NCBI GenBank assembly: GCA_045112195.1
Contig: JBGUHQ010000008.1
Coordinates: 14,285 to 78,284, forward strand
Reading direction: 5' to 3'
From: Christensenellales bacterium
Lineage (GTDB): Bacteria; Bacillota; Clostridia; Christensenellales; Aristaeellaceae
Length of the DNA stretch: 64,000 nucleotides
Each line of letters starts with the position of its first letter. Position 1 is the stretch's first letter. This document shows positions 1-8,070 of this stretch, piece after piece. The translations under genes were made by a program, and so were the position numbers. Under the pieces are notes generated by a model, which saw only the letters and a program-made list of their open reading frames with translations, was not told the origin of the DNA and did no database searches.

Positions 1-407
1 GGGAGTGCATCGCGGCCGCCGCGGAAGCGGATCATGTGATCCTGGTTCACCGGGTTTACAATGTGGCCTGTATGGATCCGGCCACAGAAGACGGATTCTC
101 TTCCGGAACGTTTGACAGGATCATCGGGGCGGTCCATGAAGACGGGAAGACCGTGATCGTCGTCAGCTGCCAGCTGCCTTACGACGCGGCGCGTTTCCCG
201 GCAGCGGACGCGATCCTCCTGACCTACTGGGGCAGCGCGATGCCGCAACTTCCGCCGGAAGGCAGTTCCTGGTCCGCCAACCTGCCCGCCGGGCTGCTGG
301 CCTGCTTCGGAGTATGCAAAGCGGAAGGAAAGCTTCCGGTTGAGATCCCGGCGCTGGACGATAACCGGCGGCCGACGGACCGGATCGTGTTCCCGCGGGC
401 GAAGTAA
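1..407 (+). CDS. glycoside hydrolase family 3, C-terminal domain (3' part only; gene starts upstream of window)
   Basis: Frame 3 is open from the window edge to TAA at 405-407. Translation ...GKTVIVVSCQLPYDAARFPAADAILLTYWGS...GKLPVEIP looks like the C-terminal domain of GH3 beta-hexosaminidase/beta-glucosidase. Confidence 0.55.
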   Translation, partial: ECIAAAAEADHVILVHRVYNVACMDPATEDGFSSGTFDRIIGAVHEDGKTVIVVSCQLPYDAARFPAADAILLTYWGSAMPQLPPEGSSWSANLPAGLLACFGVCKAEGKLPVEIPALDDNRRPTDRIVFPRAK

Positions 408-603
408 GAAGCGGCCCTGAAGAGGACGGAACACGCGGCGTCCGGGGGATCAAAACCGAAGGAGTGCACAACACATTGATTTTACCGGCCATTGATATGC
501 GGTAAGGCATCGCTGATAAGGAACCGTATGAAAGGTAAATCCGGAGATTACTGAAAAAGGAAATCATAAGCCCGTAAACCGGGCTCAAAGCCGGCCGCGA
601 GGC

Positions 604-647
604 AAAAAAGGCCCGGATCCCGCTGAAAAAGGGAATCCGGGCTTTTA
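604..647. terminator. bidirectional intrinsic terminator between convergent genes
   Basis: aaaaaa-GCCCGGATCCC-gctgaaaaa-GGGAATCCGGGC-tttt. A GC-rich hairpin flanked by an A-run and a T-run. Confidence 0.5.
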
Positions 648-808
648 ATCATGATTGTTCGAACCCGATAATGGAATTGTGTGTTCTATATATATGGCGG
701 CAGCATATGGCGCTGCGTCAACAGTTCCGGCCGGCACAGTTGCTTTGCGGAGAGAACCCCGCGCTTTTTCCGTGTTTCCCGGATGATGCCGCGCATGGGC
801 AGGCAGTC

Positions 809-2077
809 TTACGGCTCCTGGACGGGAGGAGCGCACACCAGGCGCAGGTTGTCACCGGAGGCCTCGGCCATGACGAGGCGCATGTACGCCCCGAAGGCGG
901 ATTCCGGATGGCTTTCCCAGAGGGCGTACGCAGGGTCCTCCGTCCAGGAGGCGTCGTCTTCCCGGAAGGTTCCGGAAAAATAGGCTAGGTTGAATCTTGC
1001 CGCGTAATCCGCCATCATCCTGATCTCGTCCTCCTTCCCGGTGAGGGAGGCAGAGGCTTTTTCACGGGTGATGCCGGCGAACCATTCCCGGCTCATCTCC
1101 GGAAAACCTTCCGGAAGGAACCGGCTGTCCAGTTCGCGGGCTTCATAGACAAGGCTGCCGTCATCGCCGGCCGTTACCAAGGCATAGCGGTGCGGCCAGA
1201 TGCAGAAGGCGCCCAGCGCAGCGTCAGCCAGACCGTCTTCCCGGGCGATATGCTGGATATGCAGGTGGCCGGACAGGTTCAGCTTCACGCCGTACCGGGC
1301 GGCAAGGGAAGCCATTTGCCCGCTGCCGAACATCAGGAAGTTATCCCGGGAGAATTCCGTATGCGGCAGCAGGCTGTGGTGGGTAGCAGTGACCACCTGC
1401 GCGCCCGCCTCCGAGGCGGCTGAAAGCACGCTGTCCAGCCAGGTCTCATGCCGGTCGGTAAAGAGGCCGAAGGTCTGCGCTCCGTCCCGGTACCAGGATA
1501 CATCCGTCATGGCAACCCACAGGCTGTCGCTGACTTTCACGGTATAGCTGAAACCGGCGTCCCCGAACCAGGTGAAACCTGAATAGACGGAAGCGAATTC
1601 CTCCGGCGTGACGGGGTCCGTACGGTAGTATGTTTTACCGGAAAAACCGACGGGGGCGGAGATGTTGATGTCGTGGTTGCCGGGAATGATCCGGACAGGG
1701 ACGCCCGCTTCCTCCACGGTCCTGAACCAGTCCGCCAGCGCGAGATGGCTGGCTTTTTCGCCGTTGAAGGTCAGGTCGCCGGTCACAAGGAGGACATCCG
1801 GTTTTTCCGCCATGATTTCCCGGTACAGGGCGGCAAGCAGCTCTTCGCCGTACTGCGTCAGCTTTCCGTCGCCCCGGCGCAGTGAACTGAGGAAAAGCCC
1901 GCTGTTGCGGTACAGCTCCGGAGCCAGATAATGAAGGTCGGAAACGACCATGAGCCTGGATTCCGCGGACGCAGAACCAGCGGCCAGCGAAAGGCAGAGC
2001 ACAGCCAGAAAGATGATAAGCCGCAAGGCGGCCGGCATGAACCGGAAAAGAAAGCGCTTTTCTGTCCTCATAACCAT
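809..2077 (-). CDS. secreted calcineurin-like metallophosphoesterase
   Basis: Motifs VVSDLHY, TGDLTFNG, GNHD and GHLH. N-terminal signal/TM segment. Start chosen at ATG 2077 (MVMRTEKR) preceded by GGAGG. The upstream extension of the ORF to 2227 lacks an RBS. Confidence 0.8.
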   Translation of the reverse strand: MVMRTEKRFLFRFMPAALRLIIFLAVLCLSLAAGSASAESRLMVVSDLHYLAPELYRNSGLFLSSLRRGDGKLTQYGEELLAALYREIMAEKPDVLLVTGDLTFNGEKASHLALADWFRTVEEAGVPVRIIPGNHDINISAPVGFSGKTYYRTDPVTPEEFASVYSGFTWFGDAGFSYTVKVSDSLWVAMTDVSWYRDGAQTFGLFTDRHETWLDSVLSAASEAGAQVVTATHHSLLPHTEFSRDNFLMFGSGQMASLAARYGVKLNLSGHLHIQHIAREDGLADAALGAFCIWPHRYALVTAGDDGSLVYEARELDSRFLPEGFPEMSREWFAGITREKASASLTGKEDEIRMMADYAARFNLAYFSGTFREDDASWTEDPAYALWESHPESAFGAYMRLVMAEASGDNLRLVCAPPVQEP

Positions 2078-2284
2078 ACCGCCTCCAGTTCCTGAGTTTA
2101 TTCCACGGCGTTGTTCCGCACAGGAAGTCATCCGTCCGTACAGTACATTGTAACACCGGGAGAAACGCCCAACAAGCTGACAGAACGCGTACATCGGAAA
2201 AAGAGCTGTTTTCAGGCAGAAGACCAATCCGGCCTATCAGTTGGCACTGTTCTCCGGGTCAAAATTTGGTCACGAAGCAAAATA

Positions 2285-2328
2285 AAAAACCCGGAACCTG
2301 TTGATCAATCAAAAGTTCCGGGTTTTTT
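2285..2328 (-). terminator. intrinsic terminator hairpin (bidirectional shape)
   Basis: AAAAACCCGGAAC-17 nt-GTTCCGGGTTTTT. Lies directly downstream (minus sense) of the guaA-like 3' remnant. Confidence 0.45.
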
Positions 2329-2332
2329 ACAA

Positions 2333-2416
2333 TTATCCGAACCCGATGGTGGCGACGGGCTTTTCACCGGGAAACACGCCAACCGAAAGAACGGCAGCAT
2401 TCAGGATTGATTGTAT
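2333..2416 (-). pseudogene. short 3'-terminal remnant resembling the end of guaA
   Basis: Minus-strand reading gives ...VFPGEKPVATIGFG*, compared with the GuaA C-terminus ...DISEKPVATIEFE* at 3504. There are 22 identical nt (cgatggtggcgacgggcttttc) at 2343-2364 and 3523-3544. An in-frame stop lies about 27 codons upstream, so it is not a functional gene. Confidence 0.3.
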
Positions 2417-2720
2417 TCATTCATGCTGCCTGATAAAACAGCTGATCGACAGAAACCTCAAAACAACGCATTGCCGGAATGGTTTGAAGCCGGTACCTTT
2501 ATCAGTGCCACTGGAAACTGTGCGAATCGTGAAAAGCAGCTATGACAGTCCGGGAAAGAAGATGTATGTAACAGGATACATTCTTTCTCCGCTCCTATCA
2601 CTGCCTGTTAATCAGGACAGGCTGTTCCGCCGGCCCACTTGCTCTCAAGAGGGAAAAGGTTTATAGTAGATTCACAGAAATACCGTTTTACAGAATTTCA
2701 TACAGAAGGAGGAACGAATC

Positions 2721-3362
2721 ATGGCTATCCAGATTGTTGAGATTCCGAATCACCAGAACAAGGTACGTCTGCGCGTCGCCCGCGGGCATTTCGCCACAAG
2801 CCACAGCCATATCAATTACTACATTGACCTGACCATGACCAAGCACCGGCTGTCAGAAGCCCGGATTGCCGCGGAAGAATTATGCGGCATGTACAAGAAT
2901 TCCACAATCGTGGACTCCATCCTCTGCCTGGACGGAACGGAGGTGTTGGGCACCTGCATGGCATCAGCACTGTCCGAGGCCGGGTTCCGGAGCATGAATG
3001 CGCACCAGACGATATACGTGGTGACTCCGGAACATACCTCCGGAAGCCAGCTGATCTTCCGGGACAATATCGCTCCGATGATTGTGGGCAAGCATGTGCT
3101 CGTGCTGGCAGCCTCTCTGACCACTGGCTTTACCGCCCGCTCCGCCATCGAGGCTATCCGGTATTACAGCGGTGTGCCCGCTGGTGTCTCAGCCATCTTC
3201 TCCGCGATTGATGAATGTGAAGGCTTCCCGGTCAAGAGTGTTTTCACCGTAAAGGAGAACATCCCCGATTATGTCAGCTGCTCCTCCCACAACTGCCCGA
3301 TGTGCAAGGCGGGGGAAAAGCTGACAGGACTGGTCAACAGCCACGGCGTTTCCTCCTTCTGA
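2721..3362 (+). CDS. phosphoribosyltransferase-fold protein with degenerate PRPP loop and C-terminal Cys/His knuckle
   Basis: AGGAGG RBS. The PRTase-like loop is VLVLAASLTTGFT, where the usual acidic pair is replaced by Ala-Ser. The C-terminus carries C-x2-H-x-C-x2-C (CSSHNCPMC). Confidence 0.65.
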   Translation: MAIQIVEIPNHQNKVRLRVARGHFATSHSHINYYIDLTMTKHRLSEARIAAEELCGMYKNSTIVDSILCLDGTEVLGTCMASALSEAGFRSMNAHQTIYVVTPEHTSGSQLIFRDNIAPMIVGKHVLVLAASLTTGFTARSAIEAIRYYSGVPAGVSAIFSAIDECEGFPVKSVFTVKENIPDYVSCSSHNCPMCKAGEKLTGLVNSHGVSSF

Positions 3363-3380
3363 GGACGCACTTTTTGGAAA

Positions 3381-3420
3381 AACGGAAGCTAGGCATGATG
3401 CCCGGCTTCCGTTGTATTTC
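3381..3420 (+). terminator. intrinsic terminator after PRT-like gene
   Basis: Long hairpin AACGGAAGC..GGCATgATGCC..GCTTCCGTT followed by a weak T-tract, gtatttc. Confidence 0.4.
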
Positions 3421-3451
3421 AATGCCATTCGTCTTACTGACGTGCCGCAAG

Positions 3452-3493
3452 ATAAAAAACATCCCGGGGACCTTTGTAAATAAGGCTCCCGGG
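3452..3493 (-). terminator. intrinsic terminator of guaA
   Basis: Minus-strand hairpin CCCGGGAGCC..GGTCCCCGGG followed by aUGUUUUUUAUC. Confidence 0.5.
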
Positions 3494-3503
3494 TTTCTTG
3501 CAG

Positions 3504-4490
3504 TTATTCAAATTCGATGGTGGCGACGGGCTTTTCGGAGATGTCCCAGAGGACGCGGTTGACGCCGGGAACGGTTTTGACGATCCGGTCGCGCATGGTG
3601 CAGAGCACGGGGAAGGGAATCTCCGGGATGGTGGCGGTGACGGCGTCCACGGTGTTGACCGCGCGGATGATCACAGCCCAGCCCATGTAGCGTTCGCCCT
3701 TGCCGTCCACGTACTTGATGCCGGTGGACTGGAAGTCGGGGATTACGCAGAAGTACTGCCACGGGGTCTCCGGCAGCTTGCCGATTTCCTCACGGACGAT
3801 GGCGTCCGCCTCGCGGAGGGCTTCCAGTCGGTCACGGGTGATGGCGCCGACGCAGCGGACGCCCAGGCCGGGGCCGGGAAAGGGCTGGCGGTAGACCATG
3901 CCGTCCGGCAGGCCCAGGGTCTTGCCGACCACGCGGACCTCATCCTTGTACAGGAGCTTGACGGGCTCGACCAGCTCAAACTGCAGGTCGTCCGGCAGGC
4001 CGCCGACATTGTGGTGGGCCTTGACGCCTACGCTCTCGGTAATATCGGGATAGATGGTGCCCTGCGCCAGGAAGGCGATGCCGTCCTGCTTGCGGGCTTC
4101 TTCTTCAAACACGCGGATAAACTCGGCGCCGATAATTTTGCGCTTCTGTTCCGGGTCGCTGACACCGGCCAACTTATCCAGGAAGCGGTCGACCGCGTCC
4201 ACATAAACCAGGTTGGCGTTCATCTGGTTCCGGAATACTTCGATCACCTGCTCGGGTTCGCCCTTGCGCAGGAGGCCGTGGTTCACGTGAACGCAGACCA
4301 GGTTCCGGCCGATCGCCCTGATCAGCAGGGCGGCGACGACGGAAGAATCCACGCCGCCGGACAGGGCGAGCAGAACCTTCCTGTCCCCGACCTGTTCCCT
4401 TACCGCTTTGATCTGTTCCTCAATAAAGGCGTTGGCGAGTTCCGGGGTAGTGATCCGCTGCATGCTTTCAGGCCGTTTGTTACTGTCCAT
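3504..4490 (-). CDS. guaA: GMP synthase ATP-pyrophosphatase/dimerisation part only (GuaA 'subunit B'-like, no glutaminase domain)
   Basis: P-loop SGGVDSSV and C-terminal KPVATIEFE. At 328 aa it is too short to contain the class-I glutamine amidotransferase domain. RBS GGAGG. Confidence 0.85.
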   Translation of the reverse strand: MDSNKRPESMQRITTPELANAFIEEQIKAVREQVGDRKVLLALSGGVDSSVVAALLIRAIGRNLVCVHVNHGLLRKGEPEQVIEVFRNQMNANLVYVDAVDRFLDKLAGVSDPEQKRKIIGAEFIRVFEEEARKQDGIAFLAQGTIYPDITESVGVKAHHNVGGLPDDLQFELVEPVKLLYKDEVRVVGKTLGLPDGMVYRQPFPGPGLGVRCVGAITRDRLEALREADAIVREEIGKLPETPWQYFCVIPDFQSTGIKYVDGKGERYMGWAVIIRAVNTVDAVTATIPEIPFPVLCTMRDRIVKTVPGVNRVLWDISEKPVATIEFE

Positions 4491-4650
4491 CTTTTATCCT
4501 CCAGTCATTCCACAGAATTTCATATATAATACAGAGACAAGGATAGGAAAAGAGGGAGAGACTGTCAATCGAAAAACATGACAGAATTATAAACCCTTTT
4601 TTTCAGAAACCCTAATTTTGCTCCGGCCTGCGCCAAAAAGTGAAAAGTGA

Positions 4651-4679
4651 TTGACAAGCGGTTCTTCTGAGTTTACAAT
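4651..4679 (+). promoter_or_regulatory. sigma-70 type promoter of manA
   Basis: TTGACA-17 nt-TACAAT. Confidence 0.55.
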
Positions 4680-4695
4680 ACTGCCGCTGGAAGGC

Positions 4696-4728
4696 TAACA
4701 TATAAACTTAACAAAAGAGTTAACAAAA
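4696..4728 (+). promoter_or_regulatory. three direct TAACA(AAA) boxes at 12-13 nt spacing in the manA leader (candidate operator / RNA-binding site)
   Basis: cTAACAtataaacTTAACAAAAgagTTAACAAAA. The same arrangement recurs at 5884-5913. Confidence 0.35.
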
Positions 4729-4775
4729 CTGACCCCCAGCAGAATCAAATACCGGAAAAGCAGGAGGGGAGCCTG

Positions 4776-5729
4776 ATGACCGATCTCTATCCGTTAGTGA
4801 TGAAACCCGCGTTCCGAAGCGGAAAGAACACCCCCTGGGGCGGACACGCCCTGAAGGACAAATACGGGAAAAACACGCCGGAGGAGATTACCGGGGAGAG
4901 CCTGGAGATATCAGCGCTTCCGGGATATGAGAGCCGGGTGGCCAACGGAGCGTGCCGGGGGAAAAGCCTGAGCGAGGTGTTCCGTCTCTGGGGTGAAAAG
5001 CTGACAGGGGAAAGGGAAAAAGGTTTTCCGCTAATGCTCAAGCTCCTGGACGCCCGGCAGTGCCTGTCTGTACAGGTGCACCCGGATGATGCCTATGCGA
5101 TGGATCACGAAGGGAAACGCGGTAAAAGCGAAGCGTGGTATATCCTGGACGCGGAACCCGGAGCCCGGCTGGTTTACGGGATCGAGACGCACGGTGAAAA
5201 ACTGGACGATATCGTAGCATCCGGCCGGCTGGAGGAATGCCTGCACTGGGTGGAGGTTAAACCGGGAGACATCTTTTATATACCCAGCGGCACAATCCAT
5301 GCCCTCGGCTCCGGGATTCAATGCTATGAGATCCAGCAATCCAGCGACGTAACCTACCGCTTCTGGGACTGGGGCCGGGTCGGGAAAGACGGAAAACCCC
5401 GTGAGCTGCATACGCGGCAGGCGCTGTCCGTATCGAAAGCGGAATGTCCGGTCGGCACGGCGGGAACGGAAGAAAAGACCGTCGAGGGAGGAACCGTTAC
5501 GATGCTGGTCAGCGATCCGCATTTCCGGCTGTGCACGGTTGACCTGGACGGAACCTTCGCGCTGCCTGCCGGCAGGATGCAGTTTCTGACGACCACCACG
5601 CCCTGCACGCTGAGCTGGGGAACGCACAGCCATGAACTGGCTGCATACCGGAGCGTGCTGATCCCGGCACGAATGGAGAATGTCAGGATTTCCGGGCATG
5701 GACGGATCCTGCTATCGAGCGCCCTGTAA
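4776..5729 (+). CDS. manA: mannose-6-phosphate isomerase, class I
   Basis: Motifs LSVQVHPDD, KSEAWYIL and IPSGTIHALG. RBS AGGAGGGG. Confidence 0.85.
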   Translation: MTDLYPLVMKPAFRSGKNTPWGGHALKDKYGKNTPEEITGESLEISALPGYESRVANGACRGKSLSEVFRLWGEKLTGEREKGFPLMLKLLDARQCLSVQVHPDDAYAMDHEGKRGKSEAWYILDAEPGARLVYGIETHGEKLDDIVASGRLEECLHWVEVKPGDIFYIPSGTIHALGSGIQCYEIQQSSDVTYRFWDWGRVGKDGKPRELHTRQALSVSKAECPVGTAGTEEKTVEGGTVTMLVSDPHFRLCTVDLDGTFALPAGRMQFLTTTTPCTLSWGTHSHELAAYRSVLIPARMENVRISGHGRILLSSAL

Positions 5730-5846
5730 ACCGGAGTACGATATGACGGAACATATTGAAATGCGACCGCGGCATGATCTTCATCGTTTTCCGGAAACAG
5801 GTTTACGCAGGGTCGGCCGGCGGATCGGTGAGGGAATAAAAACAGA

Positions 5847-5874
5847 TTGACAGCAAATGAATTTTCGGTACAAT
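5847..5874 (+). promoter_or_regulatory. sigma-70 type promoter of the epimerase operon
   Basis: TTGACA-16 nt-TACAAT. Confidence 0.5.
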
Positions 5875-5883
5875 ACAATCAGA

Positions 5884-5913
5884 TTAACAAAATGATTAAC
5901 AAAGGAGTAAACA
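5884..5913 (+). promoter_or_regulatory. three direct TAACA-type boxes at 12-nt spacing overlapping RBS and start codon of the epimerase gene
   Basis: TTAACAAAAtgaTTAACAAAGGAGTAAACAatg. Confidence 0.35.
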
Positions 5914-7086
5914 ATGTTTCAGGACGAGATTCGTTCACAGCTCGAGGAGAAGATCCTACCGTTCTGGATGGGTCTGAAAGACGAAACGTACGGCGGTTTC
6001 TACGGATATATGGACAACAACCTGCTGCTGAACCGGACGGCTGATAAAGGCTGCATACTGAACAGCCGGATTCTGTGGACCTTCTCGGAGGCCGCGCGCC
6101 TGATTGACCGGGAGAAATACCTTCCGTTCGCGGCCCATGCCTACCGTTTCCTGGAACGGTTCCTGGACCCGGAAAACGGCGGTGTGTACTGGTCCGTGAC
6201 ATACGACGGAAAACCGGCGGACACCACGAAACACACCTACTGCCAGGCTTTCACGGTTTACGGCCTGGCCGCCTATTACCGGCTGACCGGCGAGCAGAGG
6301 GCGCTGGGCAGAGCGATGAACCTGTTCCGGACGATTGAGGGCAGGTGCAGGGACGAAGGCGGATACCTGGAAGCGCTGAAGGCGGATTTCCTGCCGGAAA
6401 GCAACGAAAAGCTGAGCGAGAACGGCGTGATGGCTTCCCGGACGATGAATACGCTGCTGCATGTGGTGGAAGCGTACACTGAGTTGTACCGGGCACAGCC
6501 GGACGGGCAGGTCATGGTGGCGTGCGTGGAAGGCCTGAACCAGTTCCTGGCGCAGATCTACAATCCGGAAAAGCGCCGGATGGAAGTGTTTTTTGACGCG
6601 GCGTTCCGGCCGCTGCTGGATATGCAGAGCTACGGGCACGATATCGAAGGCAGCTGGCTGGTCTGGGACGCCGTGGAGATGTTCATCCGGGAGGATGGAC
6701 GGGAACCCTGGCGGAAGATGTGCCTGGACCTGCTGGAAAGCGCTACAGAGCGCGGGTTTACCGACCACGGCCTGCATTATGAGGTCGTGAACGGCGAGGT
6801 CAATACCACCCGGGCCTGGTGGCCGCAGGCGGAGACGATGCTCGGATTCGATTTTGGCTGGCGGATGACAAAAGATCCGGTATGGATCAGCCGGATGCGG
6901 ACGCAGTGGGCGTATATCCTCGGGCATACCGTCGATCCCCGGGAGGGGAGCGAGTGGTTCAACGAACTGCGGGAAGACGGAACGCTGATTGGCGAAAAGC
7001 CGATGGTGGATGAATGGAAATGCCCCTATCATAACGGACGCATGTGCCTGCGCCTGGCAGCCGCTGAGCTGCCGGCGAAGCTCTGA
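5914..7086 (+). CDS. cellobiose/mannobiose 2-epimerase (N-acylglucosamine 2-epimerase superfamily)
   Basis: 390 aa (alpha/alpha)6-barrel AGE-family sequence (FWMGLKDETYGGFYG..., WWPQAE). Its context next to GH130 phosphorylases matches the Ruminococcus albus/Roseburia mannan pathway. Confidence 0.8.
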   Translation: MFQDEIRSQLEEKILPFWMGLKDETYGGFYGYMDNNLLLNRTADKGCILNSRILWTFSEAARLIDREKYLPFAAHAYRFLERFLDPENGGVYWSVTYDGKPADTTKHTYCQAFTVYGLAAYYRLTGEQRALGRAMNLFRTIEGRCRDEGGYLEALKADFLPESNEKLSENGVMASRTMNTLLHVVEAYTELYRAQPDGQVMVACVEGLNQFLAQIYNPEKRRMEVFFDAAFRPLLDMQSYGHDIEGSWLVWDAVEMFIREDGREPWRKMCLDLLESATERGFTDHGLHYEVVNGEVNTTRAWWPQAETMLGFDFGWRMTKDPVWISRMRTQWAYILGHTVDPREGSEWFNELREDGTLIGEKPMVDEWKCPYHNGRMCLRLAAAELPAKL

Positions 7087-7096
7087 GGATAAGCGG

Positions 7097-8053
7097 ATGA
7101 AGATCAAAGGATTTACCTACGGATACGACGGAAAGCGCGGCGACTACCGGACGGCGGAGGCCGCACTGTCTGTTGAACGGCTGGCTGCCCTCGGCGGGGA
7201 CTGGGCAGCGCTGGCATTCACGGTCTGCCAGGATACGTACCACTCCACGCAGATCCGGCCCGATTACCGGTTTACCGTCACGGACAGGGATGTCGCGGAA
7301 GCGGTGACCCGCCTGCGCGGGGCCGGGATGAAGGTCTGCATGAAACCCATCGTCAACTGCCTGGACGGTGTATGGCGCGCGAACATCGATTTCCCGGAAC
7401 GCGAGTGGGGCCAGGGCGATTACTGGCAGGAATGGTTTTCCTCCTATAGGGCTTTCCTCTGCCATTACGCGGAGATCGCGGAGGAGACCGGCTGCGAAAT
7501 GTTCTGCGTCGGGTGCGAGATGCTCGGCACCGAGAAGAAGGAAGAACTTTGGCGGCAGACGATCGCCGCGGTCCGGGAAATCTATCACGGGCCGCTGGTA
7601 TACAACACCAACCACGGAAAGGAAAAGAACGTCCGCTGGTGGGACGCGGTTGATTATATCGGTACGTCCGCCTATTTCCGGGTGGCGGACAGGCCCGGCG
7701 CGTCCATGGAAGAGATGAAGGAACAGTGGGACGGGTATAAGGCGCAGCTGGCGGAGATTTCCCGGCTCAACGGGGGCAAGCAGATCATTTTCATGGAGAT
7801 CGGCTGTCGCAGCGCGCTTGGCTGCGCGATGATGCCCTATGATTTTTCACACCGGGAGTTTCCCTACAGCGAGGAGGAACAGGCGAACTTCTATGAATCC
7901 TGCTTCCGGTCCGTGTGGGCGGAACCGTGGTTCGGCGGCATGTTCTGGTGGGACTGGTACACGAAGCTGCCGCGGCATACGCCCGAAACCGGCTTCTCCA
8001 TCGTCGGGAAGAAAGCGGAAGCGGTCGTGAAGGAATGGTACAAAAAACAGTAA
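7097..8053 (+). CDS. intracellular clan GH-A TIM-barrel glycosidase, GH113-like beta-mannanase/exo-oligomannosidase candidate
   Basis: 318 aa with no signal peptide. Motifs FMEIGCRS and WWDW. Located in a mannan locus. Start ATG 7097 (MKIKGF). The family assignment is by eye only. Confidence 0.55.
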   Translation: MKIKGFTYGYDGKRGDYRTAEAALSVERLAALGGDWAALAFTVCQDTYHSTQIRPDYRFTVTDRDVAEAVTRLRGAGMKVCMKPIVNCLDGVWRANIDFPEREWGQGDYWQEWFSSYRAFLCHYAEIAEETGCEMFCVGCEMLGTEKKEELWRQTIAAVREIYHGPLVYNTNHGKEKNVRWWDAVDYIGTSAYFRVADRPGASMEEMKEQWDGYKAQLAEISRLNGGKQIIFMEIGCRSALGCAMMPYDFSHREFPYSEEEQANFYESCFRSVWAEPWFGGMFWWDWYTKLPRHTPETGFSIVGKKAEAVVKEWYKKQ

Positions 8054-8070
8054 CGGAAGGACTGGAACGG

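Noticed and set aside
2420-2720. Possible riboswitch (purine, PRPP or ZTP) in the 300-nt leader of the PRT-like gene.
   Set aside because: Hairpins are present, for example AAGATGTAT..ATACATTCTT. I could not find the conserved cores of the purine, ykkC/PRPP or ZTP classes by eye. A covariance-model scan is needed, so no call is made.
5787-5796. Palindrome TTTCCGGAAA downstream of manA as a LacI operator.
   Set aside because: It is only a 10-bp core and lacks the TG-N-AA-CG-TT-N-CA pattern typical of LacI/CcpA-family operators. It sits about 50 nt upstream of the -35 element. This is too weak for a call.
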